A stretch of 64,000 nucleotides of DNA from Escherichia coli (GTDB lineage: Bacteria; Pseudomonadota; Gammaproteobacteria; Enterobacterales; Enterobacteriaceae), in assembly GCF_044324785.1 (NCBI RefSeq), contig NZ_CP172127.1. The stretch is one strand, 5' to 3'. Shown here one piece after another: positions 1-11,206 of this stretch (position 1 is its first letter; the number at the start of each line of letters is the position of its first letter). The notes below the pieces were generated by a model. It was not told the origin of the DNA. It searched no databases and saw nothing but the letters and a program-made list of their open reading frames with translations. The position numbers were made by a program, and so were the translations under genes.

Positions 1-303
1 CTGTAGCGACTGGAGATAAGCATCGAAATAGAGCGGATCGTCGGTCAGTTGCAGGAAATTACCGAGATTAAGAGTGATGGAAAGTTGCCCGTCAGCCCAC
101 TCCATCAGTTCGGTATAAGGTGGAATGGCGCGCGCCATCTCCGCCAGGCTTATTTTAAAGACGATCAGAAATGGCAGCAGAAACAGCAGGATTAGCCAGA
201 TATAGGGCAGCGCAATCACCAGTTTGCGCCCATGCTTCATTTGCAACTGCGACAGCCACAGCTTAAAGGGTTTTGGCTGGGCAGCAGGTTCAAGTGTACT
301 CAT
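1..303 (-). CDS. potH: Putrescine ABC transporter permease PotH, N-terminal part only (gene continues past the window start)
   Basis: Reverse-complement of 241-303 translates MSTLEPAAQPKPFKLWLSQLQ, the PotH N-terminus; sits 10 bp downstream of the potG stop in the potFGHI operon arrangement. Confidence 0.9.
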   Translation of the reverse strand, partial: MSTLEPAAQPKPFKLWLSQLQMKHGRKLVIALPYIWLILLFLLPFLIVFKISLAEMARAIPPYTELMEWADGQLSITLNLGNFLQLTDDPLYFDAYLQSLQ

Positions 304-312
304 CTTTGCTCC

Positions 313-1446
313 TTAAACCGTCAGCACCACACAGCTGTCCACTTCCCAGCACAAACGCACTTCGTCGCCCCAGGTCGGTAACCCTTTACGATGACGATGG
401 GCGTTTTGTAGCTGGGCGCTAATCATCTGCCCACTTTTCAGACGAACGTGATACACCGAAAGATCGCCGAGATAGGCAATGTGTATCACCTCCCCCACCG
501 CGAAGTTACAACCATTGGCGGGCGGCTCTTCGCAAAGCATGATTTTTTCCGGACGCAGCGCTACGTGTACCGGCACGTTATCAACCACTGAAGCATCTGC
601 ATCGACTTTCAGTGGGTGCACCAGTCCCGGCGAATAAAGCACCAGACCATCTTCCTGACGCTCTTTGAGTACACCTTCAAAGACATTAACCGAACCGATA
701 AATTCAGCGCTATAGCGGGTGGTCGGATGCTCGTAGATCTCTTCCGGTTCGCCAATCTGGACAAATTTCCCACGATTCATAATGGCGATACGCCCCGCCA
801 TGGTCATCGCCTCTTCCTGATCGTGGGTGACCATCACACAAGTCACACCGACACGCTCCAGAATATCCACCACTTCAAGCTGCATCCGGTCACGCAGCTT
901 TTTATCCAGCGCGCCCATCGGCTCATCGAGCAGTAATAGTTTCGGGCGCTTGGCAAGGCTTCGGGCCAGTGCCACACGCTGTCGCTGACCACCGGAAAGC
1001 TGATGCGGTTTGCGTTTGGCGAACTCCTGCATATGCACCAGCCCGAGCATCTCATTGACCCGGCTGGCAATTTCCGCTTTCGGCAATTTGTCCTGTTTCA
1101 GGCCAAAAGCGATATTCTGTTCCACGGTCATATGCGGAAACAGCGCGTAAGACTGAAACATCATATTGATGGGGCGCAGGTAAGGCGGTACCTGTGACAA
1201 ATCGACGCCATCAAGCATTATCTGTCCGGCAGAAGGTTGTTCGAAACCTGCCAGCATACGCAGCAGCGTGGACTTGCCACAGCCGGATGCGCCCAGCAGC
1301 GCGAAGATTTCACCTTTGTAGATGGTCAGGCTGACATCATCCACCGCATGTTGACCATCGTAGGATTTGGTGAGGTTGCGGATTTCTAATAGCGGCGTCA
1401 GCGCCTTACGGGTTTTCGCCTGCGGGCGAGGGATAGCGTCATTCAC
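313..1446 (-). CDS. potG: Putrescine ABC transporter ATP-binding protein PotG (377 aa, GTG start)
   Basis: ORF 313..1527 contains Walker A GASGCGKST, LSGGQRQR signature and the PotG sequence from (V)NDAIPRPQAKTRK; start trimmed to the GTG that gives 377 aa. Confidence 0.92.
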   Translation of the reverse strand: MNDAIPRPQAKTRKALTPLLEIRNLTKSYDGQHAVDDVSLTIYKGEIFALLGASGCGKSTLLRMLAGFEQPSAGQIMLDGVDLSQVPPYLRPINMMFQSYALFPHMTVEQNIAFGLKQDKLPKAEIASRVNEMLGLVHMQEFAKRKPHQLSGGQRQRVALARSLAKRPKLLLLDEPMGALDKKLRDRMQLEVVDILERVGVTCVMVTHDQEEAMTMAGRIAIMNRGKFVQIGEPEEIYEHPTTRYSAEFIGSVNVFEGVLKERQEDGLVLYSPGLVHPLKVDADASVVDNVPVHVALRPEKIMLCEEPPANGCNFAVGEVIHIAYLGDLSVYHVRLKSGQMISAQLQNAHRHRKGLPTWGDEVRLCWEVDSCVVLTV

Positions 1447-1540
1447 GGCTGCTCTCCGGCATTGAATGTGTGCAAGCGCACCATAATGGTGCGAATTGCC
1501 GGCGGGTGTGGTGCGCCCGTCCGGCATCTACGACTGCGGA

Positions 1541-2653
1541 TTATTTTCCGCTCTTCACTTTGGTCCACGCGCGGGTGCGCACACGGTCTATTTTTGGATC
1601 CTGCACTTTCAGAGTGAACAACTTCGCACGAACGTCCGCCGGAGGATAAATCCCTGGATTATCACGCACTTCCGCACTCACCAGCGGCGTAGCTTCTTTG
1701 TTCGCGTTGGCATAGAACACATGGTCGGAAATATGCGCCACCACATCCGGGCGCAGCAGGTAATTCAGGAACTGATAGGCTTCGTCTTTATTTTTGGCAT
1801 CCGCAGGCATGGCGAAGACATCAAAGAACGCCATCGCCCCTTCTTTCGGAATCGAGAACGAGACATTAACGCCATTCTTCGCTTCCTTCGCGCGGTTTGA
1901 CGCCTGCCAGACATCGCCTGCCCAGCCGATAGCGACGCAGATATCGCCGTTTGCCAGGTCGTTAATGTATTGCGATGAATGGAAATAACGAATGTTCGGA
2001 CGCAGCTTTAACAGCAGATCGGTAGCCGGTCCGGTGTAATCATCCGCTTTAGTGCTGTTGGGATCTTTGCCGAGATAATTCAGCACGGTAGCAAAAACTT
2101 CTTCCGGTGCATCAAGGAAAGAGACGCCGCAGCTTTTCAGTTTTTCCAGATTTTCAGGCTTGAGGATCAAGTCCCAGCTATCGACGGGCGCGTTTTCGCC
2201 CAGCACCGCTTTGACTTTATCGACGTTATAGCCAATCCCGGTTGTCGCCCACATATAGGGCATAGCAAATTTATTATCCGGGTCGTGTTTGGCAACCAAC
2301 TTCAGCAGTTCCGGGTCGAGATTCTTCCACTCCGGCAATTTGCTTTTATCCAGCGGCTGGAAAACTCCCGCAGTCAACTGGCGTTCAAGAAAGCTTGCTG
2401 ACGGCACCACCAGGTCAAAGCCGGTGCTACCCGCCATTAATTTGCCTTCCAGTACTTCGTTAGAGTCGAAAACATCGTAGACGACTTTAATACCGGTTTC
2501 TTTTTCAAAATTGGCCACCGTGTCCGGAGCGATATAATCAGACCAGTTATAAATGTGGAGTGTTTTTTGTTCAGCCGCGAGCGTGCCGACAGAGACGGCC
2601 ATCAGAGCACCCGCAACCAGACCCGATAGCCATTTTTTATTTAAGGCGGTCAT
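1541..2653 (-). CDS. potF: Putrescine-binding periplasmic protein PotF (370 aa)
   Basis: ORF translation from MTALNKKWLSGLVAGALMAVSVGTLA (signal peptide) matches PotF; ATG at 2651-2653 complement. Confidence 0.93.
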   Translation of the reverse strand: MTALNKKWLSGLVAGALMAVSVGTLAAEQKTLHIYNWSDYIAPDTVANFEKETGIKVVYDVFDSNEVLEGKLMAGSTGFDLVVPSASFLERQLTAGVFQPLDKSKLPEWKNLDPELLKLVAKHDPDNKFAMPYMWATTGIGYNVDKVKAVLGENAPVDSWDLILKPENLEKLKSCGVSFLDAPEEVFATVLNYLGKDPNSTKADDYTGPATDLLLKLRPNIRYFHSSQYINDLANGDICVAIGWAGDVWQASNRAKEAKNGVNVSFSIPKEGAMAFFDVFAMPADAKNKDEAYQFLNYLLRPDVVAHISDHVFYANANKEATPLVSAEVRDNPGIYPPADVRAKLFTLKVQDPKIDRVRTRAWTKVKSGK

Positions 2654-2949
2654 ATCTCTTTCCTTCTGAAAGTTCGTTAACAAACGAACAAAAGTTGTCA
2701 CACTGAAAGATATGCAATAAACGTGCATATTTTTTATCGGCGCGGTGTAAGAAAAGAGAACTCTCTCCCGGCCAGCACTGCTCGCTATATAAAAGCATCG
2801 CAAGAATAACTTTAGCCAGGGTTTGAGACTATAGCTCGGATTAAAAAACGGTATTTAACAAATTTTTATGCGTATTTGCTCTATGTGATAAAGCCAAATC
2901 GGCACAAGAGAAGTGAAATAATCTTTAAGAAAAGGTTAAAAACAGCAGA

Positions 2950-2990
2950 TAATTTTGCAGCACGCAGTCACTGCGGCAGCGACTGCGTAC
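2950..2990 (-). terminator. Stem-loop downstream of ybjN (acgcagtcactgc / gcagcgactgcgt)
   Basis: Inverted repeat seen directly in the sequence just 3' of the ybjN stop on the minus strand. Confidence 0.4.
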
Positions 2991-3003
2991 TCGAAAGGAG
3001 TTA

Positions 3004-3480
3004 TCAGTGGAGGAAATAGTTTTCGGTAACGTTGTTTTGCCCTTCATCGTCAGTCGGTAACAGCAGTTGATGGGCATTAGCTTCAAGAATGACCATCGAA
3101 ATCTGCTCTTCGCTCTGACGCACGAACCATGCAAACTGCTCATAGGTTACGCCCTGCATAACGGATAAAGACTGGCAAACCACCAGCTTTGGCAGATTAT
3201 CATCCTGCATATCAAGAAATGCTTTCACGGTCAGCGAACTGGCATTGATGGCTGATAAATCCGCCGCCAGCGGCAATACGGCTGAAGGTCGGACTTCCGC
3301 CATGGCAGAAAACAGGATCGTGTTATCGATCAGATCGATTTTGGCATCAAAGACACCGTCGAAATTCTGCATATGGGGCAGATGCAGAGCCTGACAGTTA
3401 TCACATTCAAAAAAACTCATCCCCAGGTCATCGAGCCATTGACGCAGCGTATCCAGACCAGGAACGACCAGCGATGTCAT
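3004..3480 (-). CDS. ybjN: YbjN, putative sensory transduction regulator (158 aa)
   Basis: ORF translation from MTSLVVPGLDTLRQWLDDLGMSFFECDNCQALHLPHM matches YbjN; last gene of the ybjC-nfsA-rimK-ybjN cluster. Confidence 0.85.
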   Translation of the reverse strand: MTSLVVPGLDTLRQWLDDLGMSFFECDNCQALHLPHMQNFDGVFDAKIDLIDNTILFSAMAEVRPSAVLPLAADLSAINASSLTVKAFLDMQDDNLPKLVVCQSLSVMQGVTYEQFAWFVRQSEEQISMVILEANAHQLLLPTDDEGQNNVTENYFLH

Positions 3481-3567
3481 AATTTTGTACAACCTCTTTC
3501 GATAAAAAGACCGGCACAGCTTACGCAAAAAGCGCAGGCAAAACCATGATCAGTAATGTGATTGCGA

Positions 3568-4470
3568 CTAACCACCCGTTTTCAGGCAATATTCGGTCGT
3601 AGCGTGGCGTTCGATCCAGCGGATCATTTTACCCGCGATGTCGATACCGGTGGTTTTTTCTATTCCTTCCAGCCCCGGCGACGCATTCACCTCCATCACC
3701 AACGGCCCGCGATTAGCACGCAGAATATCCACACCAGCAACGTCCAGCGCCATCGTTCGCGCGGCTTTTATCGCGATTTCACGCTCCTGTGGTGTGATAC
3801 TGGCGACGCTTGCCGCGCCGCCACGATGCAAATTGGAACGAAAATCGCCCTCTTTCGCCCGCCGTTCAATCGCAGCGACCACTTCATCCCCAACAACCAG
3901 GCAGCGGATATCGCACCCTTGCGCCTCTTTGATATATTCCTGCACCAGAATATGCGCGTTCAGACCGCGAAAGGCGTCAATCACGCTTTCCGCCGCCTGA
4001 CGCGTCTCCGCCAGCACGACACCAATTCCCTGCGTACCTTCAACCAGCTTAACCACCAGCGGCGCACCACCGACCATGTCGATTAAATCGCTGGTATCAT
4101 CCGGCGAATGCGCAATGCCCGTGACAGGCAGGTCGATGCCCTGACGCGCCAGCAGTTGCATGGAACGCAATTTGTCACGCGCCCGGGCAATGGCGACCGA
4201 CTCATTGAGCGGATAGCTCCCCAGCATCTCGAACTGGCGCAGTGCCGCCGTCCCATAAAAGGTAATGGCGGTGCCAATACGCGGGATCACTGCGTCAAAA
4301 TGGGGTAACTTGCGGCCTTTGTAGTGAATAGAAGACGCCGCAGGATTTATGTTCATGTAGCAAGAAAGCGGATCAAGAATTTCAACCAGGTGACCGCGCT
4401 GTATAGCGGCTTCACGCAGCCGCTTACACGAATAGAGCGTTCCATCCCGGGACAATATGGCAATTTTCAC
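3568..4470 (-). CDS. rimK: Ribosomal protein S6 glutamate ligase RimK (300 aa, GTG start)
   Basis: ORF translation (M)[26 protein letters not shown]... is an ATP-grasp protein matching RimK; GTG at 4468-4470 complement. Confidence 0.93.
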   Translation of the reverse strand: MKIAILSRDGTLYSCKRLREAAIQRGHLVEILDPLSCYMNINPAASSIHYKGRKLPHFDAVIPRIGTAITFYGTAALRQFEMLGSYPLNESVAIARARDKLRSMQLLARQGIDLPVTGIAHSPDDTSDLIDMVGGAPLVVKLVEGTQGIGVVLAETRQAAESVIDAFRGLNAHILVQEYIKEAQGCDIRCLVVGDEVVAAIERRAKEGDFRSNLHRGGAASVASITPQEREIAIKAARTMALDVAGVDILRANRGPLVMEVNASPGLEGIEKTTGIDIAGKMIRWIERHATTEYCLKTGG

Positions 4471-4530
4471 CCTGCACCTCTCTGTCAGACCTGGTCAAAA
4501 GCCCGCGTATCATACATCGATGTGGCGGTT

Positions 4531-5253
4531 TTAGCGCGTCGCCCAACCCTGTTTGTGCAAATAATCCAGAATAAATGGGCGGCTTTCTTTAATGATTGTT
4601 CGGCGGATATGATCGCTCCAGGTATCCCGGCGATTATTGCTGCCACGGGTGAGGTAATATTCCGCCAGTTGTTCGTCATACTGCGCCAGTGCGTCTTTAT
4701 CCAACGGTTGATAGTTGTTTTCATGCACCAAAATGGAGGCCGGTAAACGCGGCTTAAGATCCGGATTATCCGCAGGCCAGCCAAGGCACAGCCCAAACAG
4801 CGGCAGAACATGCCGCGGTAATTTCAGCAGCTCCGTCACCGCTTCAATATTATTGCGCAGGCCGCCGATATATACCCCGCCCAATCCCAGCGATTCCGCT
4901 GCGGTTAACGCATTCTGCGCCATCATTGCCGTATCAACGACACCGAGCAACAGTTGTTCCGCCAGGCCGAGCTGAGCATCCGGACAGATCTGTAAATGGC
5001 GGTTAAAGTCGGCACAGAACACCCAGAACTCCGCCGCTTGCGCTACGTGTTTTTGCCCGCCGGTCAGCGTCACCAGTTCTTCACGTAACGCTTTGTCGGT
5101 AATGCGAATAATGCTACTGCACTGCAAAAAACTGGAACTGGACGTCGCACGGGCGCTGTTAATAATCGCCTCACGCTGCGCTTCGGAAATGGGTTCATCA
5201 GTGAAATGGCGAATGGAGCGATGGCCACAAATAAGTTCAATGGTTGGCGTCAT
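4531..5253 (-). CDS. nfsA: Oxygen-insensitive NADPH nitroreductase NfsA (240 aa)
   Basis: ORF translation MTPTIELICGHRSIRHFTDEPISEAQREAIINSARATSSSSFLQCSSIIRITD... matches NfsA. Confidence 0.93.
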   Translation of the reverse strand: MTPTIELICGHRSIRHFTDEPISEAQREAIINSARATSSSSFLQCSSIIRITDKALREELVTLTGGQKHVAQAAEFWVFCADFNRHLQICPDAQLGLAEQLLLGVVDTAMMAQNALTAAESLGLGGVYIGGLRNNIEAVTELLKLPRHVLPLFGLCLGWPADNPDLKPRLPASILVHENNYQPLDKDALAQYDEQLAEYYLTRGSNNRRDTWSDHIRRTIIKESRPFILDYLHKQGWATR

Positions 5254-5524
5254 TATCTTTTTCTCTTTCTGAACGTGAATATTGCGGTGGACGGTTCATC
5301 AGCTGTGGGGCAAGACGTTTTGCCACCTGAAGAATAACCACCACCGCAGCGGGAAGCATGAGCAAAACACCGAGAAAAATCATCAGAATCTGCACTTCTG
5401 GCCGAGAAAATGGCTCAGGCAGCGACAGGGAGCCGCTTACCGACAGCAGCGCCACCGCCAGCAACATCATTCCGATAAATTCCAGTATCAACACGCTTTT
5501 AGGCAATTTACCGATCGCGCGCAT
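5237..5524 (-). CDS. ybjC: YbjC, small inner-membrane protein (95 aa); overlaps the nfsA start by 17 nt
   Basis: ORF MRAIGKLPKSVLILEFIGMMLLAVALLSVSG... is hydrophobic and sits in the conserved position upstream of nfsA. Confidence 0.8.
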   Translation of the reverse strand: MRAIGKLPKSVLILEFIGMMLLAVALLSVSGSLSLPEPFSRPEVQILMIFLGVLLMLPAAVVVILQVAKRLAPQLMNRPPQYSRSEREKDNDANH

Positions 5525-5683
5525 GCGCTTCCCTCTGCAAAGTGAGCCTTCAGTCTAAAACTTTTCACTGTATTGTGTTTAACAGTTATAGCTTTTAGCA
5601 ATTAATGCAACAGGTTAAACCTACTTTCAGCGAATACATTTTAGCGTGATCATTACAGGCATAAATCTATGAGGAGAGAAATA

Positions 5684-5941
5684 ATGCAAACCGTTATTTT
5701 TGGTCGTCCGGGTTGCCCTTACTGTGTGCGTGCAAAAGATCTGGCTGAGAAATTGAGCAATGAACGCGATGATTTTCAGTATCAGTATGTTGATATTCGT
5801 GCGGAAGGGATCACTAAAGAAGATCTACAACAAAAGGCAGGTAAACCCGTAGAAACCGTGCCGCAGATTTTTGTCGATCAGCAACATATCGGCGGCTATA
5901 CCGATTTTGCTGCATGGGTGAAAGAGAATCTGGACGCCTGA
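5684..5941 (+). CDS. grxA: Glutaredoxin 1 (85 aa)
   Basis: MQTVIFGRPGCPYCVRAKDLAEKL... with the CPYC active site; strong RBS gaggaga 8 nt upstream; the longer ORF starting at 5669 is rejected. Confidence 0.93.
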   Translation: MQTVIFGRPGCPYCVRAKDLAEKLSNERDDFQYQYVDIRAEGITKEDLQQKAGKPVETVPQIFVDQQHIGGYTDFAAWVKENLDA

Positions 5942-5970
5942 TTGTCTTACAAGCCCTCGCGTTGAGGGCT

Positions 5971-6348
5971 TTATTGATTTTTTCTGTGCTGTGGTTTAAA
6001 CAAACTACTGATAAATAAGAAACACAGTGCCCCCAGCGCACACCAGAACACCGCACTTAATAACCATGCCAGCTCTTGCCAGAATGAGCGCGTCGGTGAA
6101 AAAAACAGCCGCATAATAAGCATTGAACAGGGTGCCGCCAGCATTGCGCCAAACAGAGGTTTCAGGACTTCTCTACGCTGTGAAAAGAAGCTGGCAACTG
6201 CTCCAGGAAGAATGAAAAACAGCAAGCCGATTTCAGGATGCCCGGCAGCCCGAAAAGCGCCTTTCATGTGCGTCGCCAGAAAAAGGCACACCACAATGAA
6301 GAGGACAAAACAGCAGATTGCCCCCGCCCAACGTTGTTTATGTTTCAC
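5971..6348 (-). CDS. ybjM: YbjM, inner membrane protein (125 aa)
   Basis: Hydrophobic 125-aa ORF in the conserved position between grxA and ybjL. Confidence 0.8.
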   Translation of the reverse strand: MKHKQRWAGAICCFVLFIVVCLFLATHMKGAFRAAGHPEIGLLFFILPGAVASFFSQRREVLKPLFGAMLAAPCSMLIMRLFFSPTRSFWQELAWLLSAVFWCALGALCFLFISSLFKPQHRKNQ

Positions 6349-6617
6349 TCGTTCCTCCTGACACTGCGTCTATCGAACACATTTTTCGCCAGTGTGGCGT
6401 TCAGTAAGATAAAGCCGCTTCGCATTCCATGCTAATATAGGCCAACGCAATTCATATAGCCGTTGATACCTAATGTGATTACACTAGTAAAATATATTGT
6501 TACTTTACTATCGTTTAGGTGCGCTGAATGAATCTGCGCCCTGAATTCTGGTAAAAAACATTATCGTAAATTACCATTTCTTTCAACAGCTTACTAGTAA
6601 ACAAGAAGTTAGCCTCC

Positions 6618-8303
6618 GTGAATATAAACGTCGCCGAATTGTTAAATGGGAATTACATTCTGTTATTATTTGTGGTCCTCGCGCTTGGGCTATGTCTCGG
6701 GAAATTACGACTTGGTTCGATCCAACTGGGTAATTCCATTGGCGTTTTGGTCGTATCACTGTTATTAGGCCAACAACATTTCAGCATTAACACCGACGCG
6801 CTTAATCTTGGCTTTATGCTGTTTATTTTCTGCGTCGGGGTCGAAGCCGGACCGAACTTTTTTTCCATTTTTTTTCGCGATGGGAAAAATTACCTAATGT
6901 TAGCACTGGTGATGGTTGGCAGTGCGCTGGTGATCGCCTTAGGGTTAGGTAAGCTGTTTGGCTGGGATATTGGCCTGACGGCCGGTATGTTAGCAGGCTC
7001 TATGACGTCAACACCGGTTTTGGTCGGTGCTGGCGATACACTGCGTCATTCCGGCATGGAAAGCAGGCAGCTCTCACTGGCACTGGATAATCTGAGCCTC
7101 GGGTATGCCTTAACCTATTTAATCGGTCTGGTGAGTTTAATTGTTGGTGCGCGTTACTTGCCGAAATTGCAGCATCAGGACTTACAGACCAGCGCCCAGC
7201 AAATCGCCCGCGAACGTGGCCTGGACACTGATGCCAACCGTAAGGTTTATTTACCGGTGATCCGCGCCTACCGCGTCGGCCCGGAGCTGGTAGCCTGGAC
7301 CGACGGCAAAAATCTGCGTGAACTGGGTATTTATCGACAAACTGGCTGTTACATTGAACGTATTCGGCGTAACGGGATTCTGGCAAATCCAGACGGTGAT
7401 GCCGTACTACAAATGGGCGATGAAATAGCGTTGGTAGGCTATCCTGACGCCCACGCCCGACTCGATCCCAGTTTCCGTAATGGCAAAGAAGTTTTCGATC
7501 GTGACCTTCTCGACATGCGTATCGTCACTGAAGAAGTGGTCGTTAAAAACCATAACGCTGTTGGCAAACGCCTGGCACAACTGAAGTTGACCGATCACGG
7601 TTGCTTCCTTAACCGCGTCATTCGTAGCCAGATTGAGATGCCGATTGATGACAACGTCGTGCTTAACAAAGGTGACGTTTTACAAGTCAGCGGCGATGCC
7701 CGCCGGGTAAAAACCATCGCCGATCGCATCGGCTTTATCTCGATTCACAGCCAGGTCACTGACTTGCTGGCATTCTGCGCCTTCTTTGTTATTGGGCTGA
7801 TGATCGGGATGATCACCTTCCAGTTCAGCACATTCAGTTTCGGTATGGGGAACGCTGCCGGGTTGTTATTCGCCGGAATTATGCTGGGCTTTATGCGTGC
7901 TAACCACCCGACCTTCGGTTACATTCCGCAGGGTGCATTAAGCATGGTGAAGGAGTTCGGCTTGATGGTGTTTATGGCAGGCGTTGGTCTGAGCGCTGGT
8001 AGCGGTATTAATAACGGCCTGGGCGCGATTGGCGGTCAGATGTTGATTGCCGGATTGATTGTCAGTCTGGTGCCCGTGGTTATCTGCTTCTTGTTCGGTG
8101 CTTATGTATTGCGAATGAACCGCGCACTGTTGTTCGGCGCAATGATGGGCGCACGCACCTGCGCGCCGGCAATGGAGATCATCAGTGATACAGCTCGCAG
8201 TAATATCCCGGCGCTGGGCTATGCGGGCACTTACGCAATCGCCAACGTCCTGCTGACGCTGGCAGGGACAATCATCGTCATGGTATGGCCAGGATTAGGA
8301 TAA
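6618..8303 (+). CDS. ybjL: YbjL, putative AAE-family transporter with TrkA-C domains (561 aa)
   Basis: 561-aa ORF with duplicated membrane domains flanking two cytoplasmic regulatory domains; length and context match YbjL. Confidence 0.88.
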
Positions 8304-8344
8304 AACTGAAGTTGCCCTGAAAATGAAATTTTTTTGCACAACCG

Positions 8345-8374
8345 CAGAACTTTTCCGCAGGGCATCAGTCTTAA
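8345..8374 (+). promoter_or_regulatory. Sigma-E-type promoter of rybB (-35 gaactt, -10 gtctta)
   Basis: ggaactt-like -35 and tctna-like -10 with about 16 bp spacing immediately upstream of the RybB 5' end; RybB is an established sigma-E-dependent sRNA. Confidence 0.6.
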
Positions 8375-8379
8375 TTAGT

Positions 8380-8458
8380 GCCACTGCTTTTCTTTGATGT
8401 CCCCATTTTGTGGAGCCCATCAACCCCGCCATTTTGGTTCAAGGTTGGTGGGTTTTTT
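8380..8458 (+). ncRNA. rybB: RybB small RNA (Hfq-dependent, represses OMP mRNAs)
   Basis: Sequence gccactgcttttctttgatgtccccattttgtggagcccatcaaccccgccattttggttcaaggttggtgggtttttt matches my recollection of RybB including the 3' terminator hairpin and U-run; lies in the ybjL-rcdA intergenic region as in K-12. Confidence 0.82.
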
Positions 8459-8477
8459 GTTATCTAAAATTTATCTA

Positions 8478-9014
8478 CTACCCTGCAACCCTCTCAACCA
8501 TCCTCAAAATCTCCTCGCGCGATAGCGGCTTACGGTCGGTGACAAAATGCAGCGTCATCCCCTCAATAAACGCATCAAGCGCGCGGGCGGTTCCGGGTTC
8601 AAACCATTGTTCGAGCGTTTGCTGACTGCGCTGCATCCAGTTTTGCATTACCGTTTTTAATAGCGGTTTTCGGCTAGCCAGCGCGTAGAGCTGGTACATC
8701 AGCTCCATGTTATCCGGCGTTGCAACCTGTGAGCTGTAAATCATATCGGTGATAGCCTGGCATGCGCCTTGAGCATCACTAACATCGCTAAAAAATGCCT
8801 GATATTGCCGGGACATGATCTCAGTAAAACTGCTGAACGCCTCCAGCAACAACTCATCAATTCCTGAAAAATAGTAGGTCATCGACCCCAACGGTACCCC
8901 GGCAAGGGTAGCAATTTTGCGGTGCGTAACAGCATGTATTCCATAAAGTTTCACCGCCTCCAGCGTGGCCTGGATAATTTTTTCTCGCCGTTGCGGATCG
9001 TTAGCGCGACGCAT
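8478..9014 (-). CDS. rcdA: TetR-family transcriptional regulator RcdA (YbjK), 178 aa
   Basis: ORF from [49 protein letters not shown] has a TetR-type HTH and matches RcdA. Confidence 0.85.
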   Translation of the reverse strand: MRRANDPQRREKIIQATLEAVKLYGIHAVTHRKIATLAGVPLGSMTYYFSGIDELLLEAFSSFTEIMSRQYQAFFSDVSDAQGACQAITDMIYSSQVATPDNMELMYQLYALASRKPLLKTVMQNWMQRSQQTLEQWFEPGTARALDAFIEGMTLHFVTDRKPLSREEILRMVERVAG

Positions 9015-9097
9015 GTCATTTCCTCTCTCTGCAATTGTGTACAAATGTACACAACCTTGCTAATGTTGTCTTCCCTCTTCTTATTTTGACGTGATCT

Positions 9098-10306
9098 ATG
9101 ACCGTAAATTCTTCACGTAATGCATTGAAACGCCGAACCTGGGCGCTGTTTATGTTCTTCTTTTTGCCGGGCCTGTTAATGGCGTCCTGGGCAACCCGTA
9201 CGCCTGCTATCCGCGATATTCTTTCTGTTTCGATCGCTGAAATGGGCGGAGTCCTCTTTGGTCTGTCGATCGGTTCAATGAGCGGTATTCTCTGCTCGGC
9301 GTGGTTAGTGAAACGCTTTGGGACGCGTAATGTCATCCTGGTCACGATGTCCTGCGCATTGATCGGGATGATGATACTAAGTCTGGCACTCTGGCTGACA
9401 TCGCCCCTGCTCTTCGCGGTTGGCCTCGGCGTCTTTGGGGCAAGTTTTGGTTCTGCGGAAGTGGCGATAAACGTTGAAGGTGCCGCCGTTGAGCGAGAAA
9501 TGAATAAAACGGTTTTGCCGATGATGCACGGTTTTTATAGCCTGGGCACGCTGGCAGGCGCTGGTGTCGGGATGGCACTGACGGCTTTTGGCGTTCCGGC
9601 AACGGTGCACATTTTATTGGCGGCGCTGGTAGGTATCGCGCCTATTTATATCGCCATTCAGGCAATCCCTGACGGTACGGGCAAAAATGCTGCCGATGGC
9701 ACCCAGCATGGCGAAAAAGGCGTTCCTTTTTATCGCGATATCCAGTTGCTGCTGATCGGTGTTGTGGTGCTGGCGATGGCCTTTGCCGAAGGTTCTGCCA
9801 ACGACTGGTTACCCTTATTAATGGTTGACGGTCACGGTTTTAGCCCTACTTCCGGCTCGCTGATTTATGCCGGTTTTACCCTGGGGATGACCGTTGGACG
9901 CTTCACTGGCGGTTGGTTCATCGACCGTTACAGTCGCGTTGCCGTGGTTCGGGCCAGTGCACTAATGGGGGCGTTGGGTATTGGGCTGATTATTTTTGTC
10001 GATAGCGCCTGGGTCGCTGGGGTGTCTGTTGTACTCTGGGGACTGGGTGCCTCGCTGGGCTTCCCGCTGACCATTTCTGCCGCCAGCGATACCGGCCCCG
10101 ATGCACCAACCCGCGTCAGTGTGGTAGCAACGACCGGTTATCTGGCTTTCCTCGTCGGGCCGCCACTGCTGGGCTATCTCGGCGAACATTATGGATTACG
10201 TAGTGCAATGCTGGTTGTACTGGCGCTGGTTATTCTCGCGGCTATTGTCGCGAAAGCCGTCGCCAAACCCGATACCAAAACGCAGACGGCGATGGAGAAT
10301 AGTTGA
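9098..10306 (+). CDS. ybjJ: YbjJ, MFS-family inner membrane transporter (402 aa)
   Basis: 402-aa ORF with 12 predicted TM segments; context and length match YbjJ. Confidence 0.85.
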
Positions 10307-11121
10307 TGAGCATTAAATTAATTGCGGTAGACATGGATGGTACTTTCTTAAGCGATCAAAAAACCTATAACCGTGAGCGGTTTATGGCTCAGTATCAGCA
10401 AATGAAAGCACAAGGCATTCGCTTTGTGGTCGCCAGCGGGAATCAATATTATCAGTTGATCTCTTTCTTCCCTGAAATTGCTAATGAAATTGCCTTTGTG
10501 GCTGAAAACGGCGGCTGGGTAGTGAGCGAAGGCAAAGATGTTTTTAATGGCGAGCTGTCGAAGGATGCGTTTGCTACTGTCGTGGAACATTTGCTGACGC
10601 GCCCGGAAGTGGAAATTATTGCCTGCGGAAAAAATAGCGCCTATACATTCAAAAAATATGACGATGCCATGAAAACGGTGGCGGAAATGTATTATCACCG
10701 TCTGGAATACGTCGATAACTTTGACAACTTAGAAGATATCTTCTTTAAGTTTGGTCTGAATCTTTCCGATGAACTGATTCCACAAGTACAAAAAGCATTA
10801 CATGAGGCCATCGGCGATATTATGGTGCCGGTCCACACCGGCAACGGCAGCATCGATCTGATTATCCCCGGCGTACATAAAGCCAATGGCCTTCGCCAAC
10901 TGCAGAAATTATGGGGAATAGACGACAGCGAAGTGGTGGTCTTTGGCGATGGCGGTAACGATATTGAGATGCTGCGTCAGGCAGGCTTTAGTTTTGCAAT
11001 GGAAAATGCCGGCAGCGCGGTCGTCGCAGCAGCAAAATACCGGGTAGGCTCCAATAACCGTGAAGGCGTACTGGATGTGATCGATAAAGTTCTTAAACAC
11101 GAAGCGCCATTTAACCAATAA
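10306..11121 (+). CDS. ybjI: YbjI, HAD-superfamily phosphatase (FMN phosphatase), 271 aa
   Basis: [17 protein letters not shown]... carries the HAD motif I (DMDGT); the ATG overlaps the ybjJ TGA by 1 nt (TTGATGA). Confidence 0.88.
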   Translation: MSIKLIAVDMDGTFLSDQKTYNRERFMAQYQQMKAQGIRFVVASGNQYYQLISFFPEIANEIAFVAENGGWVVSEGKDVFNGELSKDAFATVVEHLLTRPEVEIIACGKNSAYTFKKYDDAMKTVAEMYYHRLEYVDNFDNLEDIFFKFGLNLSDELIPQVQKALHEAIGDIMVPVHTGNGSIDLIIPGVHKANGLRQLQKLWGIDDSEVVVFGDGGNDIEMLRQAGFSFAMENAGSAVVAAAKYRVGSNNREGVLDVIDKVLKHEAPFNQ

Positions 11122-11206
11122 AAACGGCAGCACGCCCGGCAACACAATGCCTGAATGAAGGCTGCATAATTCGCGCAAATTAACCCGCTGCATTATTTCA
11201 GGCGAA

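Noticed and set aside
616-1197. ORFs antisense to potG (616..936 +, 843..1070 -, 1003..1197 +)
   Set aside because: Shadow ORFs within a well-supported ABC ATPase gene; no independent coding signal
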